64,000 nt of DNA from Rhabdothermincola salaria (GTDB taxonomy: Bacteria; Actinomycetota; Acidimicrobiia; Acidimicrobiales; Acidimicrobilacustridaceae): positions 558,001 through 622,000 of the forward strand of contig NZ_JAJQXW010000001.1 in the NCBI RefSeq assembly GCF_021246445.1, given 5' to 3'. The notes beneath the pieces were generated by a model. The model saw only the letters and a list, made by a program, of their open reading frames with translations. It did not search any database and was not told where the DNA came from. The number at the start of each line of letters is the position of its first letter. Position 1 is the first letter of the stretch. Below are positions 49,024 to 59,791 of the stretch, one piece after another. The translations under genes were made by a program, and so were the position numbers.

Positions 49024-51165
49024 TCAGACGCCGGTGGTGATGAGCAGGTTCCCGAACGGGTCGACGGTGGCCGACGAGCCCGGCGGCAAGACGGTGGCCG
49101 AGGACGCCTCCTCCACGACCCCGGGGCCGACGATCTCGTTGCCGGGCCGCAGCCGCGACCGGTCGTAGACCGCGGTGTTCTGGCGGACGCCGTCGAAGAG
49201 CATCGACCTCGCCCCGACCCGGGCCGCACTCGGGTCGGGTCCGACGAGCTCACCGGGCTCGAGGGCCAGCTGGGCCACGCTCGCCCGCCCGAACACCCGG
49301 GCGTGGACGAACTGCACCTCCTGGTCCGGATCGGCATGGCCGTACTCACGGGCATGCTCGTCGTGGAAGTGCCCGGTGGCCTCGGCCAGCACCTCGTCGG
49401 TGACCGTGGGACGGGCGTCCGGGTCCAGCGCGAGGGGGACCGACAGCACACCCTCCTCGCTCACCCGGATGTCGTCGTGGCCGGGTCCGTCCAGACGCTC
49501 GGTGAGGTCGCTGAGCCCCACCGCCATCGAATAGGCCTGGCCGTAGTACTGCATGTCGACGAAGTACTCGTAGGTGATGGCGGCGTCCTCGACGCCCTGG
49601 CGGTGGAACGACTCGGCGATGGAGTCCTTCAGCTCGGCGAAGGTGTCGCTGAGGGCGTCGTTCTCGACGGCCTTGCGGCGGCGCAGGACCGTGCGGCTGC
49701 GGTCCTGGACCATGTCGACGGTGAGCATCCCCCACGCCGACAGCACCCCGGGCGCTGCCGGCACGATGGCCCGGGCCATGCCGAGCTCCCGGGCCAGGTC
49801 CACCACGTGCAGCGGGCCGCCACCGCCGAACCCGACGAGGGCGAACGTGCGGGGGTCGTACCCCTTCTCCACGGTCACGAACCGGATCGCCTGCAACATG
49901 GTGGTGTCGAGGATCCGCACCATGCCGGCGGCCGCCTCCTCGACGCTCATGCCCATCGGCTCGGCCACGTAGGTGGCGATGGCCTCCTCGGCGAGCTCCG
50001 CGTCGATGGTCATCTCACCGTCGAGGAACCGATCGGCGGCCACCCGGCCCAGCACCACGTGGGCGTCGGTCGAGGTGGGACGCACCCCGCCCTTGCCGTA
50101 GCAGGCCGGTCCCGGCCGGGCACCTGCGCTCTGCGGGCCCATGTGGAGCACGCCGCCCTCGTCGATCCAGGCCAACGACCCGCCACCGGCGCCGATGGAG
50201 ATGACGTCGACGCTCGGCAACAGCAGGGGCAGACCCCACTCGACAGTCAGCGGGCTCGTCCACCGAGGCGTGCCGTCGACGATCACCGACACGTCCGCCG
50301 AGGTGCCGCCGATGTCGATCCCGACGAGCTGGCCGATGCCGGTCAGCGACGACAGCGTCTGCAACGCCATGGCCCCGCCCGCCGGCCCGCTGCGGGCCAG
50401 CTTCACCGGCAGCGACGCCGCTTCGTCGATCGAGCACACCCCGCCGTTGGACTGCATGATCGCCACGTCGGCGGTGAGCCCGGCGTCGCCCAGGCCCCGT
50501 TCGAGGTTGCGCATGTAGGTGCGCACCTTCGGGCCCACGAACGCGTTGGCCGCAACCGTCGAACCGCGCTCGAACTCCCGGAACTCCTGGGAGCACTCGT
50601 GCGACGCCGTGACGAAGGCATCCGGCAGCGCCGCCTGCACCAACTCCTTGACCCGCTGCTCGTGGGCCGGGTGCTGGTAGGAGTGCATCAAGCAGATGGC
50701 GACCGACTCGATCTCACGGGCCTGGAGCGTCTCGATCACGTCGCGGAGGTGCTCCTCGTCAAGGGGTTGGGCGACCTCGCCGTCCCAGAAGAGGCGCTCC
50801 TTGAGCTCCAGGCGATGCCTCCGGGGCACCAGCGGAGCCGGCGGGTACCACTGCGCGTCGTACAGCTCCTCACGGTTGCAGCGCCGCATCTCGAGGGTGT
50901 CTCGGTGGCCTTCGGTGACCAACACCGCGGTCTTGGCCCCGCCTCGCTCGATGAGGGCGTTGGTGGCGGTGGTGGTGCCGTGGGCGATGCCGTCCACCTC
51001 GGCGAGCGGGACGCCGAGCTTCTCGATCCCCTCGATGATCCCGATCGAGGGATCGTCCGGGGTGGTGGGCACCTTCAGGGTGGTCGTCTCGGCGGTGGCG
51101 GTGTCGTAGAGGACGAAGTCGGTGAAGGTGCCACCCACGTCAACACCGATGCGATAGCGGCTCAT
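49024..51165 (-). CDS. Hydantoinase/5-oxoprolinase subunit A (ATP-binding)
   Basis: GVDVGGTFTD, HGTTTATNA, SGPAGG, DIGGTSAD, GAGGGS, GPQSAGA.PGPACY and FGGGGPLH motifs. Confidence 0.92.
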   Translation of the reverse strand: MSRYRIGVDVGGTFTDFVLYDTATAETTTLKVPTTPDDPSIGIIEGIEKLGVPLAEVDGIAHGTTTATNALIERGGAKTAVLVTEGHRDTLEMRRCNREELYDAQWYPPAPLVPRRHRLELKERLFWDGEVAQPLDEEHLRDVIETLQAREIESVAICLMHSYQHPAHEQRVKELVQAALPDAFVTASHECSQEFREFERGSTVAANAFVGPKVRTYMRNLERGLGDAGLTADVAIMQSNGGVCSIDEAASLPVKLARSGPAGGAMALQTLSSLTGIGQLVGIDIGGTSADVSVIVDGTPRWTSPLTVEWGLPLLLPSVDVISIGAGGGSLAWIDEGGVLHMGPQSAGARPGPACYGKGGVRPTSTDAHVVLGRVAADRFLDGEMTIDAELAEEAIATYVAEPMGMSVEEAAAGMVRILDTTMLQAIRFVTVEKGYDPRTFALVGFGGGGPLHVVDLARELGMARAIVPAAPGVLSAWGMLTVDMVQDRSRTVLRRRKAVENDALSDTFAELKDSIAESFHRQGVEDAAITYEYFVDMQYYGQAYSMAVGLSDLTERLDGPGHDDIRVSEEGVLSVPLALDPDARPTVTDEVLAEATGHFHDEHAREYGHADPDQEVQFVHARVFGRASVAQLALEPGELVGPDPSAARVGARSMLFDGVRQNTAVYDRSRLRPGNEIVGPGVVEEASSATVLPPGSSATVDPFGNLLITTGV

Positions 51166-52967
51166 GCCGGCACCTCCTCGTTGGTGCGCTCACGGAGCGA
51201 GGCCCGCAGCGACTCCGTGGCCTCGAGGTCGATCTCGTAGATCAGGCGTCGGCGGTCGATGGGCACGACCACCACGCCGAAGTCCTCGGCCGCGCCCTCG
51301 ATGGACACGTAGTCGTCGATCACGTCCTCCAGCACGGCGGCGGGATCGCGCTCGAGCGGATCGCCGTAGCCACCGCCCCCGGAGGACCAGAACGACATCG
51401 AGTCGCCCTTCTCGGCGTGCTCGTTCACGGCGAAGATGCCGATCATGCGCTCCTGGTCGCTGTCCCGGTTGAGGATCAGGTGGGCGAGCTTGCCGGGGTG
51501 GCCGCCGAAGACCCCCGGCGGGCCGAAGCGCTCCCGGTTGCCGATGCACGACACCGTGCCGGTGGCGTAGGGGAACGACAGGAGCTGGTCCTGCCCCAGC
51601 CCGCCCCGCGTCCTGCCGGGCCCACCCGAGTCCTGCAGGAACATGTTGCGCCAGTACAGGACCGGGTAGCGGCGCTCCTGGAGCTCGCACGGGATGTTCT
51701 GGGTGCTGGCCGTGTAGGGCGACCCGACGCAGCTGGCCCCGTCGTGGGTCTTGGTGGCGCCGATCCCGCCGAACCCCCACGAGTAGTTGATGAACGACGA
51801 ACCGAACTCGGCCCGGTCGTCGAACCCGGCGAACACCGCGTTGAGGATGCTGTAGGGGCTGCCTGCGCCACGCTCGGGGAAGGCCTTGGAGAGGGCCTGG
51901 GTCACGCAGCTGATGACGCACTCCATGCTGGTGGCCGCCAGGCCCGAGATGGCCGACGGAGGCTGGGCCCACAGCAGCGAACCCTTCGTCACCTTCAGGT
52001 CGATCGCCCGCATGACCCCGGCGTTCATCGGCATCGGCGGGAGGATCGACGCCAGGGCGATGAACACGGCCGACGTGGTGGCCGGCAAGGTGCAGTTGAT
52101 GCCGCAGTCGGCCGCCGTGTCCGACCCGGTGAGATCGAACACGGCCTCGTCGCCATCGACGGTCAGCGCTAGGCGGATCACCTTGGGCTCGTCGGTGCTC
52201 AGGTCACGGTCCACCTTGTCCATCGAGTCGTAGCGGCCGTCGGGAAGGGCCCGCAGGGCGGCCCGGATCAAGCGCTCGGAGTGGTTCTGCGCCTCCTCCA
52301 TGGAGGCCATGAGCACGTCGGCGCCGTAGCGGTCGGCGATCGCCTGGATCCGCCCCTCACCGGCGGCCAGCGCCGAGATCTGGGCGTTGAAGTCACCGCG
52401 CCGCTCCCACGACTCACGCATGTTGAGGAGCAGCACCTTGAGGACGTCCTCGTTGAGCACACCGGCCTTGTAGATCGCCACCGCCGGGATCCGCACCCCC
52501 TCCTCGAAGTGGCTGCGGGCCCGGCAGTTCAGCGAACCCGCCACGACGCCGCCGACGTCGGACCAGTGGCAGGTCGACGCGACGAAGGCGATGCGCTCGC
52601 CGTCACGGAACACCGGCTTGATGAGGTGCACGTCGTTGCAGTGCGTCGACGCCACATACGGGTCGTTGATCATGTACACGTCGCCCGGCTGCATGTTCTC
52701 GAGTCCGATGGTGCGGATCACCTCGGGCACGGTGAGCAGCGTGAGGCCAGTGAAGGCCGGCAGGTCGAACTCGCCCTGCGACGCCAGGTTCCCGTGCCGG
52801 TCGTAGATCGTCCCGGCGAAGTCCCGCCCCTCGTTGACCGGGGTGGAGTAGGCGGTCTTGGCGACGACGAGGGCCATCTCGTTGCTCGCCGCGATGAGCG
52901 AGTTGCGGATCACCTCGAAGGTGATCGGGTCGATCGCCACCGTTGCGGTGTCGTCGGAGTCGGACAC
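51162..52967 (-). CDS. Hydantoinase B/oxoprolinase subunit
   Basis: DPITFEVI, NDPY..THCND, HWSDVGG, EEG, DSGGPG..RGGLG and GGGGYGDPLER motifs. Confidence 0.92.
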   Translation of the reverse strand: MSDSDDTATVAIDPITFEVIRNSLIAASNEMALVVAKTAYSTPVNEGRDFAGTIYDRHGNLASQGEFDLPAFTGLTLLTVPEVIRTIGLENMQPGDVYMINDPYVASTHCNDVHLIKPVFRDGERIAFVASTCHWSDVGGVVAGSLNCRARSHFEEGVRIPAVAIYKAGVLNEDVLKVLLLNMRESWERRGDFNAQISALAAGEGRIQAIADRYGADVLMASMEEAQNHSERLIRAALRALPDGRYDSMDKVDRDLSTDEPKVIRLALTVDGDEAVFDLTGSDTAADCGINCTLPATTSAVFIALASILPPMPMNAGVMRAIDLKVTKGSLLWAQPPSAISGLAATSMECVISCVTQALSKAFPERGAGSPYSILNAVFAGFDDRAEFGSSFINYSWGFGGIGATKTHDGASCVGSPYTASTQNIPCELQERRYPVLYWRNMFLQDSGGPGRTRGGLGQDQLLSFPYATGTVSCIGNRERFGPPGVFGGHPGKLAHLILNRDSDQERMIGIFAVNEHAEKGDSMSFWSSGGGGYGDPLERDPAAVLEDVIDDYVSIEGAAEDFGVVVVPIDRRRLIYEIDLEATESLRASLRERTNEEVPA

Positions 52968-53555
52968 GATGATCCTCCTGGGTCGGGGATGGAGCGGATG
53001 ACATCCACCGGGGTTGCTGGCATCGCATCGCCACCGGTCGGACGCAGATCAAGGTCGCGCCGGAGTCTTTCGATCGCGGGGCCTGCGTGTAACGCCTCCG
53101 TTGCGCCAGGTTCGCCTGGCTGCAGGGCCGTGCTGAGCTGGGGAAACGGCTGGTCGACCGGTGGCAGCGCCACCCTGAGGTGGTGCTCCGCCGACCGTTC
53201 GCGTGCCGGTCGAGCCACTGGGTGCGCTCCGGAGGCGGCGGGGAAGCGAGCCGCGTGGTGCCTTCACCCGTGCGGAGGAGGTTGCACTGTCGCACCCCCT
53301 GGGCATGATCGAGGGACGCCTCATCGGCTCGGTGGGTCGGCCGGTCACCTGTCGATCCAGTCGGGATTGTGACGAGGTTCCTGCGTTCTTCTCGCAATGG
53401 GGTGCGTACGTCAGTTCGTCTGTGGTACGCTTCGCTTCTTCCCCTTCGACACTTCGGTGTCCCTCAGTCCGTCGATCACCGCACGAGGTGAGGAACATGT
53501 TCGGAGGGGTTGTCTGCGACGACGCTCGCCACCCGTGGCGTTGCTGCTCGCCCGG

Positions 53556-53597
53556 GATGTCGATGTCGATGTCGCTGTCGATGTCGATGTCGCTGTT
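53556..53597 (+). repeat. Hexamer tandem repeat (gatgtc/gctgtc) x7
   Basis: Directly visible upstream of the HNH gene. Confidence 0.8.
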
Positions 53598-53654
53598 GCC
53601 CTTCGGCCGTTGCGCCGACCGGGTGCCCGGGTCGATGCCGGGTGGGTGGTCACG

Positions 53655-55746
<2,092 letters not shown>

Positions 55747-55748
<2 letters not shown>

Positions 55749-55808
55749 CCTGGCGCAGTCATCGCCGACCTGGCGCAGTCATCGCCGACCTGGCGCAGTC
55801 ATCGCCGA
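55747..55808 (+). repeat. 20-bp tandem repeat x3 (gacctggcgcagtcatcgcc)
   Basis: Three perfect head-to-tail copies starting at the HNH stop codon. Confidence 0.95.
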
Positions 55809-55907
55809 TCCCCGAGGCCGGCCATCGCTGGGCTGCGGCTCGTTCCCACCGCGCCACCGGCGTCGACGGTCTCGACCGTCGCACCCGACCAGAGGAGAGA
55901 CCGTCAG

Positions 55908-56276
55908 ATGTCGTTCCCCGGCGACCAGGAGCCGCCGCGCTACGCCTGGTACGACCTGGACGAAGCCCTCGAGCTCCTGGCCGTGCTCGAAGACGCCCGC
56001 GACGCCCTCACCGACTCCAGGCACCTCGCCGTCGTCATCACCCTGGAGGCCCAGATCCGGACCTCAGCCATAGACTCGACGTCGACGACCCGCAGGGAGG
56101 CCCCGATGCCCACTGAAGCCCTCCGCGCCTCCGAGGCGGCACGCCGCCTCGGCATCCCGACCAAAGACCTCCTCCGGCTCATCCACGACCGGATGATCCG
56201 CTACGTCATGATCGACGGCATCGCCCACGTCCCTGTCGACGCCATCGACGACTACCGGACCCGCGTCGCCTCCTGA
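55908..56276 (+). CDS. Small hypothetical protein in frame with an excisionase-like HTH protein (own start at 56106)
   Basis: C-terminal LRASEAARRLGI...LLRLI HTH; ggagg RBS before ATG 56106. Confidence 0.6.
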   Translation: MSFPGDQEPPRYAWYDLDEALELLAVLEDARDALTDSRHLAVVITLEAQIRTSAIDSTSTTRREAPMPTEALRASEAARRLGIPTKDLLRLIHDRMIRYVMIDGIAHVPVDAIDDYRTRVAS

Positions 56277-56601
56277 CCAACGCCGTATGCGGCCCGACCG
56301 TCTGCGCTCGATGCTCGACCTGTAGGCGCCGACCGCTCCCCGCCACCGAGGTGGGCGGCGTGCCGTCTCGGTCGGCATCGCTCGCGGGTCGACGGTGCTC
56401 GCGGTGTCGACGAGATGGAGCCCGGGCTCGTGCGAGGACACCGTCTCGGTGCCGGCCTCCAGGGGAGCGTCGATGAGGGCTCAGCGGCGGTTGTCGCTCA
56501 AGGTCGGCGGCCGAACGGTCGAGGTGACCAGTGGCTACCGGACGTGGTCTTCCGCAGCCGACGGCTCCGGGGCGACACCGGGCCACCGACCGAGGAGCCC
56601 C

Positions 56602-57828
56602 ATGACCACCACCGCATCCAGGCGACGCCCCACGAGGGCGCTCGTCGTCGCCGCCGCCCTCACGCTGGCGCTGCTCGCGGCCGCCTGCGGCAGCGACACC
56701 TCGTCATCGACCACCACGACGGGGTCCGACACCACCGCCGACGCCAGCGGTTCGACGAGCGACACCTTCCGCATCGGTCTGCAAGGACCCCTCACCGGCA
56801 GCCTGGCCGACCTCGGCCAGGGCATGCTGCGCGGCGCCGAGATGGCCGCCGAGACCCTCAACGCCGACGGTGGCATCGACGGGCGGCAGGTCGAGATCGT
56901 GCCCATCGACGACGCCGGTGACCCCGACACCGGGGAGGCGGCCGCCACCGAGGCCATCGACGCCGGCCTCGATGCCGTCGCCGGTCCCTACAACTCCGGG
57001 GTGGGCAGCGTGACCCTGCCGCTGTACATCGACGCCGGGCTGGTGCCGATGCGCCTCACCAGCGCCGACAGCACCGCCGGCCTCGGCTTCACCCTCCAGC
57101 CCATGACCTCCCAGATCGCCCCGGCGGCGGTCACCGCCATCACCACCTGGGCCGAGGCCGACCGGGTCGCGCTCATCGTGGACTCGACCGAGGAGTACAC
57201 CCAGGACGCCGCCGCCGCCATGGAGGAGCTGCTGCCCGAGGCCGGGGTGACGATCACCGGGGTCGAGGAGATCCAACCCGGTGCCGACAGCTACACCGAC
57301 GCCGTCGAGGCGGCACTGGCCACCGACCCCGAGCTCGTCTACGTGGTGACCTACTCGCCCGAGGCCGGTGCCATCGCCCAGGACATGGCCGCCGCCGACC
57401 GCAGCGACATCCGCTGCCTCATCGACTACGGCGGCTACGACGACGGGTTCGTGGCTGCCGCCGGCGACGCCGGGGCCCGCTGCTCGCTGGTGGGCGTGCC
57501 CGCCCCCGACGACTTCCCCGACAGCGCATCGCTCGTCGCCGCCTTCGAGGACACGTTCGACGCCGAGCCCGGCGCCTGGACGCCCTACACCCACGACTCC
57601 GTGCTCCTGCTCGCCGACGCCATCGAGCGCGCCGGGAGCACCGACCCCGAAGCCCTCACCGAGGCGTTGGCCACCACCAGCGGTTGGACCGGGTGGACCG
57701 GCACCGTCTCCTTCGACGCCGACACCGGCGATCGCGAGCCGGCCCCGGTCACCGTCGACACCCTCGGTGACGACGGCCACCTCCACGTCGACGACACCTG
57801 GGCCGCCGCCGTCGGCTTCACCTACTGA
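56602..57828 (+). CDS. Branched-chain amino acid ABC-type substrate-binding lipoprotein, orphan
   Basis: AAAC lipobox; GPLTG, NADGGIDGRQVE...DD and GPYNSGV motifs. Confidence 0.88.
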   Translation: MTTTASRRRPTRALVVAAALTLALLAAACGSDTSSSTTTTGSDTTADASGSTSDTFRIGLQGPLTGSLADLGQGMLRGAEMAAETLNADGGIDGRQVEIVPIDDAGDPDTGEAAATEAIDAGLDAVAGPYNSGVGSVTLPLYIDAGLVPMRLTSADSTAGLGFTLQPMTSQIAPAAVTAITTWAEADRVALIVDSTEEYTQDAAAAMEELLPEAGVTITGVEEIQPGADSYTDAVEAALATDPELVYVVTYSPEAGAIAQDMAAADRSDIRCLIDYGGYDDGFVAAAGDAGARCSLVGVPAPDDFPDSASLVAAFEDTFDAEPGAWTPYTHDSVLLLADAIERAGSTDPEALTEALATTSGWTGWTGTVSFDADTGDREPAPVTVDTLGDDGHLHVDDTWAAAVGFTY

Positions 57829-57877
57829 TCCGCCGCGGAGCACCGGCGGCCTCAGCGTCAGGGGCCGAGGCGGTCAC

Positions 57878-58045
57878 CCTCGCGGCGGCCCTCGCCTTCG
57901 CGGCCGGTCTCGCCATCGGCGGCCCTTGCCTTCGCGGCCAGCCTCGCCATCGGCGGCCCTTGCCCTCGGCGGCGCTTGCCTTCGCGGCCGGTCTCGCCAT
58001 CGGCGGCCCTTGCCTTCGCTGCCAGCCTTGCCCTCGCAGCCACCT
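57878..58045 (+). repeat. Imperfect tandem repeat built from gccttcgcggcc / ctcgccatcggcggccctt units (about 33-bp period)
   Basis: ctcgccatcggcggcccttgcc occurs three times with interspersed variants. Confidence 0.7.
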
Positions 58046-58143
58046 TGGGGTCTCGCGTCCGTACTGCAGCATCGGCGGCATCAAGGTCGGCGGCGGGAGT
58101 GCCGAAGTCGGGAGGCGTGCCCTTCGACTCCCAGGCAGGTCCA

Positions 58144-59586
58144 GTGACTCCCACGCCCCGTTCTTCCCGCTCGTCGCGCTCGTTCGCCGTCGCCTCCGTC
58201 GTGCTGGCCTGCGCCCTGGTCGGTGCCGCGTGCGGCTCGTCGGCCGGGGAGGAGTCGTCCACCGACGCCGGGCGGACCGCGGGGGGTTGCGACGCCGAGG
58301 CGCTGGTCGGCGAGCCGCTGTTCACCCCGCCCAGCGACACCTCGAGGAAGTCGGCCTCCTACGACACCGAGCCGGTCGCACCCCAGTCCCAGGACTGCGA
58401 CCGGATGCGCACCTTCCTGGCCACCCCCCAGCCGGGCTTCGACCTGCAGTCCTACGTGTTCTACGGCCACCTCGAGACCGCGGAGGGCACCACCATCCCG
58501 TTCTCCACCCTGACCCAACGCCAGGCCGCCGAGCTGGGCACGGCCGAGTCGCCGGCGCTGCGGGTCACGGCCATGACCGTGAACCCGGGGGACGGCATCG
58601 CCATCGGCGGGGTCGACGGCGTGCTCTCCAGCACCGTCACGGAGTCGTCCACCACCAACCCGTTCTCGCGGCGCACCCAGCAGTCCGACGGCTCGGACCT
58701 GCCGCCCGAGTACGTCGACATCCGGGTGGTGGAGGGCCAGCTGGGCCGGCCCGGGGCGGTCGTCGAGCTCACCGGCCAGCTCGCCGCTGAGCGCATGGCC
58801 GACCCCGACGACGGCACCGTGCCCCTGCAGGTGTCGGTGCGCATCCGAGACGTGGCCGGGGTGGGCCAGTGGGGCTACGGGCCGTCCGGGTTCTTCCCGC
58901 AGTGGCTGCTGCCCGAACAGCACCGTGCCGTCACCGACAGCTTCGACGGTGACGTCGAGGCGTACCTCGAGGCGACCGGTGAGCCGCTCACCGACCAGGG
59001 CTCGTACTACTACTCCTCGCCGGTGGTCGACGTGGAGTCCTTCACCATCACCAGCGGCGACGAGGTCGTCGCCCGCGGCACCGGCGGCGAGCTCCTCATC
59101 GATTACGTCACCCAGAGCTTCGACGCCGCCGCCGCCGCTGTGGTCGACGGCGGCGTGCAGTGGACCGAGTTCTCCACCCTCCTCGACGACGACCGCACCA
59201 TGAAGGTCGGGGTCGTGGAACAGGCGTCGGTGGGCACCCTGCCCTACGCCATCGAGCTGCGAGCCGACGGCGACCGGCTCGCCAACGGCTCGCTCGCCGC
59301 GTCGCAGCGCTGGCCGATCGACGGCATCACCCTCACCCCCGACGCGGCCGCCACCTGGACCAGCCCCCGATCGGGCAAGACCTACACGATGCGCTACACC
59401 GCCGAGCTGACCGCCGCCGACGGAACGCGCTCGTCGTTGACCTACGAGGCGCTCTACGACGACCAGGAGCTCACCGTCGCCGGGCGCACCGTCTACGAGG
59501 GCCTGTTCCGGGTCACCGGCGAGCTCGACGGCGAGACCGTGCAGGGCTACGCCTGGGCCGAGATCCAACCCGCCGGATCCGTCTAG
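58144..59586 (+). CDS. Lipoprotein with AttH/lipocalin-like C-terminal domain
   Basis: GAAC lipobox; C-terminal WTSPRSGKTY...DQEL...YEG...G..GYAWAE pattern typical of AttH/CrtC-like folds. Confidence 0.6.
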   Translation: MTPTPRSSRSSRSFAVASVVLACALVGAACGSSAGEESSTDAGRTAGGCDAEALVGEPLFTPPSDTSRKSASYDTEPVAPQSQDCDRMRTFLATPQPGFDLQSYVFYGHLETAEGTTIPFSTLTQRQAAELGTAESPALRVTAMTVNPGDGIAIGGVDGVLSSTVTESSTTNPFSRRTQQSDGSDLPPEYVDIRVVEGQLGRPGAVVELTGQLAAERMADPDDGTVPLQVSVRIRDVAGVGQWGYGPSGFFPQWLLPEQHRAVTDSFDGDVEAYLEATGEPLTDQGSYYYSSPVVDVESFTITSGDEVVARGTGGELLIDYVTQSFDAAAAAVVDGGVQWTEFSTLLDDDRTMKVGVVEQASVGTLPYAIELRADGDRLANGSLAASQRWPIDGITLTPDAAATWTSPRSGKTYTMRYTAELTAADGTRSSLTYEALYDDQELTVAGRTVYEGLFRVTGELDGETVQGYAWAEIQPAGSV

Positions 59587-59587
59587 T

Positions 59588-59613
59588 CCCGGCGGGGCTC
59601 GACCCCCGCCGGG
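59588..59613 (+). terminator. 10-bp GC hairpin after the lipoprotein gene
   Basis: cccggcgggg-ctcgac-ccccgccggg immediately after the TAG stop. Confidence 0.5.
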
Positions 59614-59791
59614 CGGCAGGGCCCTGGTGTGACAGGGGCCGACGACGGGTCCCACCAGGCGCCGACGCCCAAGCCCGCGTCTCGCTGGTGGCGGGGTGCG
59701 TGCGCTGACCACCTCATCGGGCCGTCTGGCCCTTGTACGGGGTGGATCGCCAAGGGATACTGACGGCTTGGGGAACAGGGGGGTGCTCCCG

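Noticed and set aside
53492..53504. LexA SOS box (ggaacatgttcgg) upstream of the HNH gene
   Set aside because: The spacer is 2 nt rather than the 4 nt of CGAAC-N4-GTTCG; at best a decayed site.
52968..53650. Riboswitch or ncRNA in the long intergenic region
   Set aside because: No recognisable aptamer consensus by eye; an Rfam/Infernal scan would be needed.
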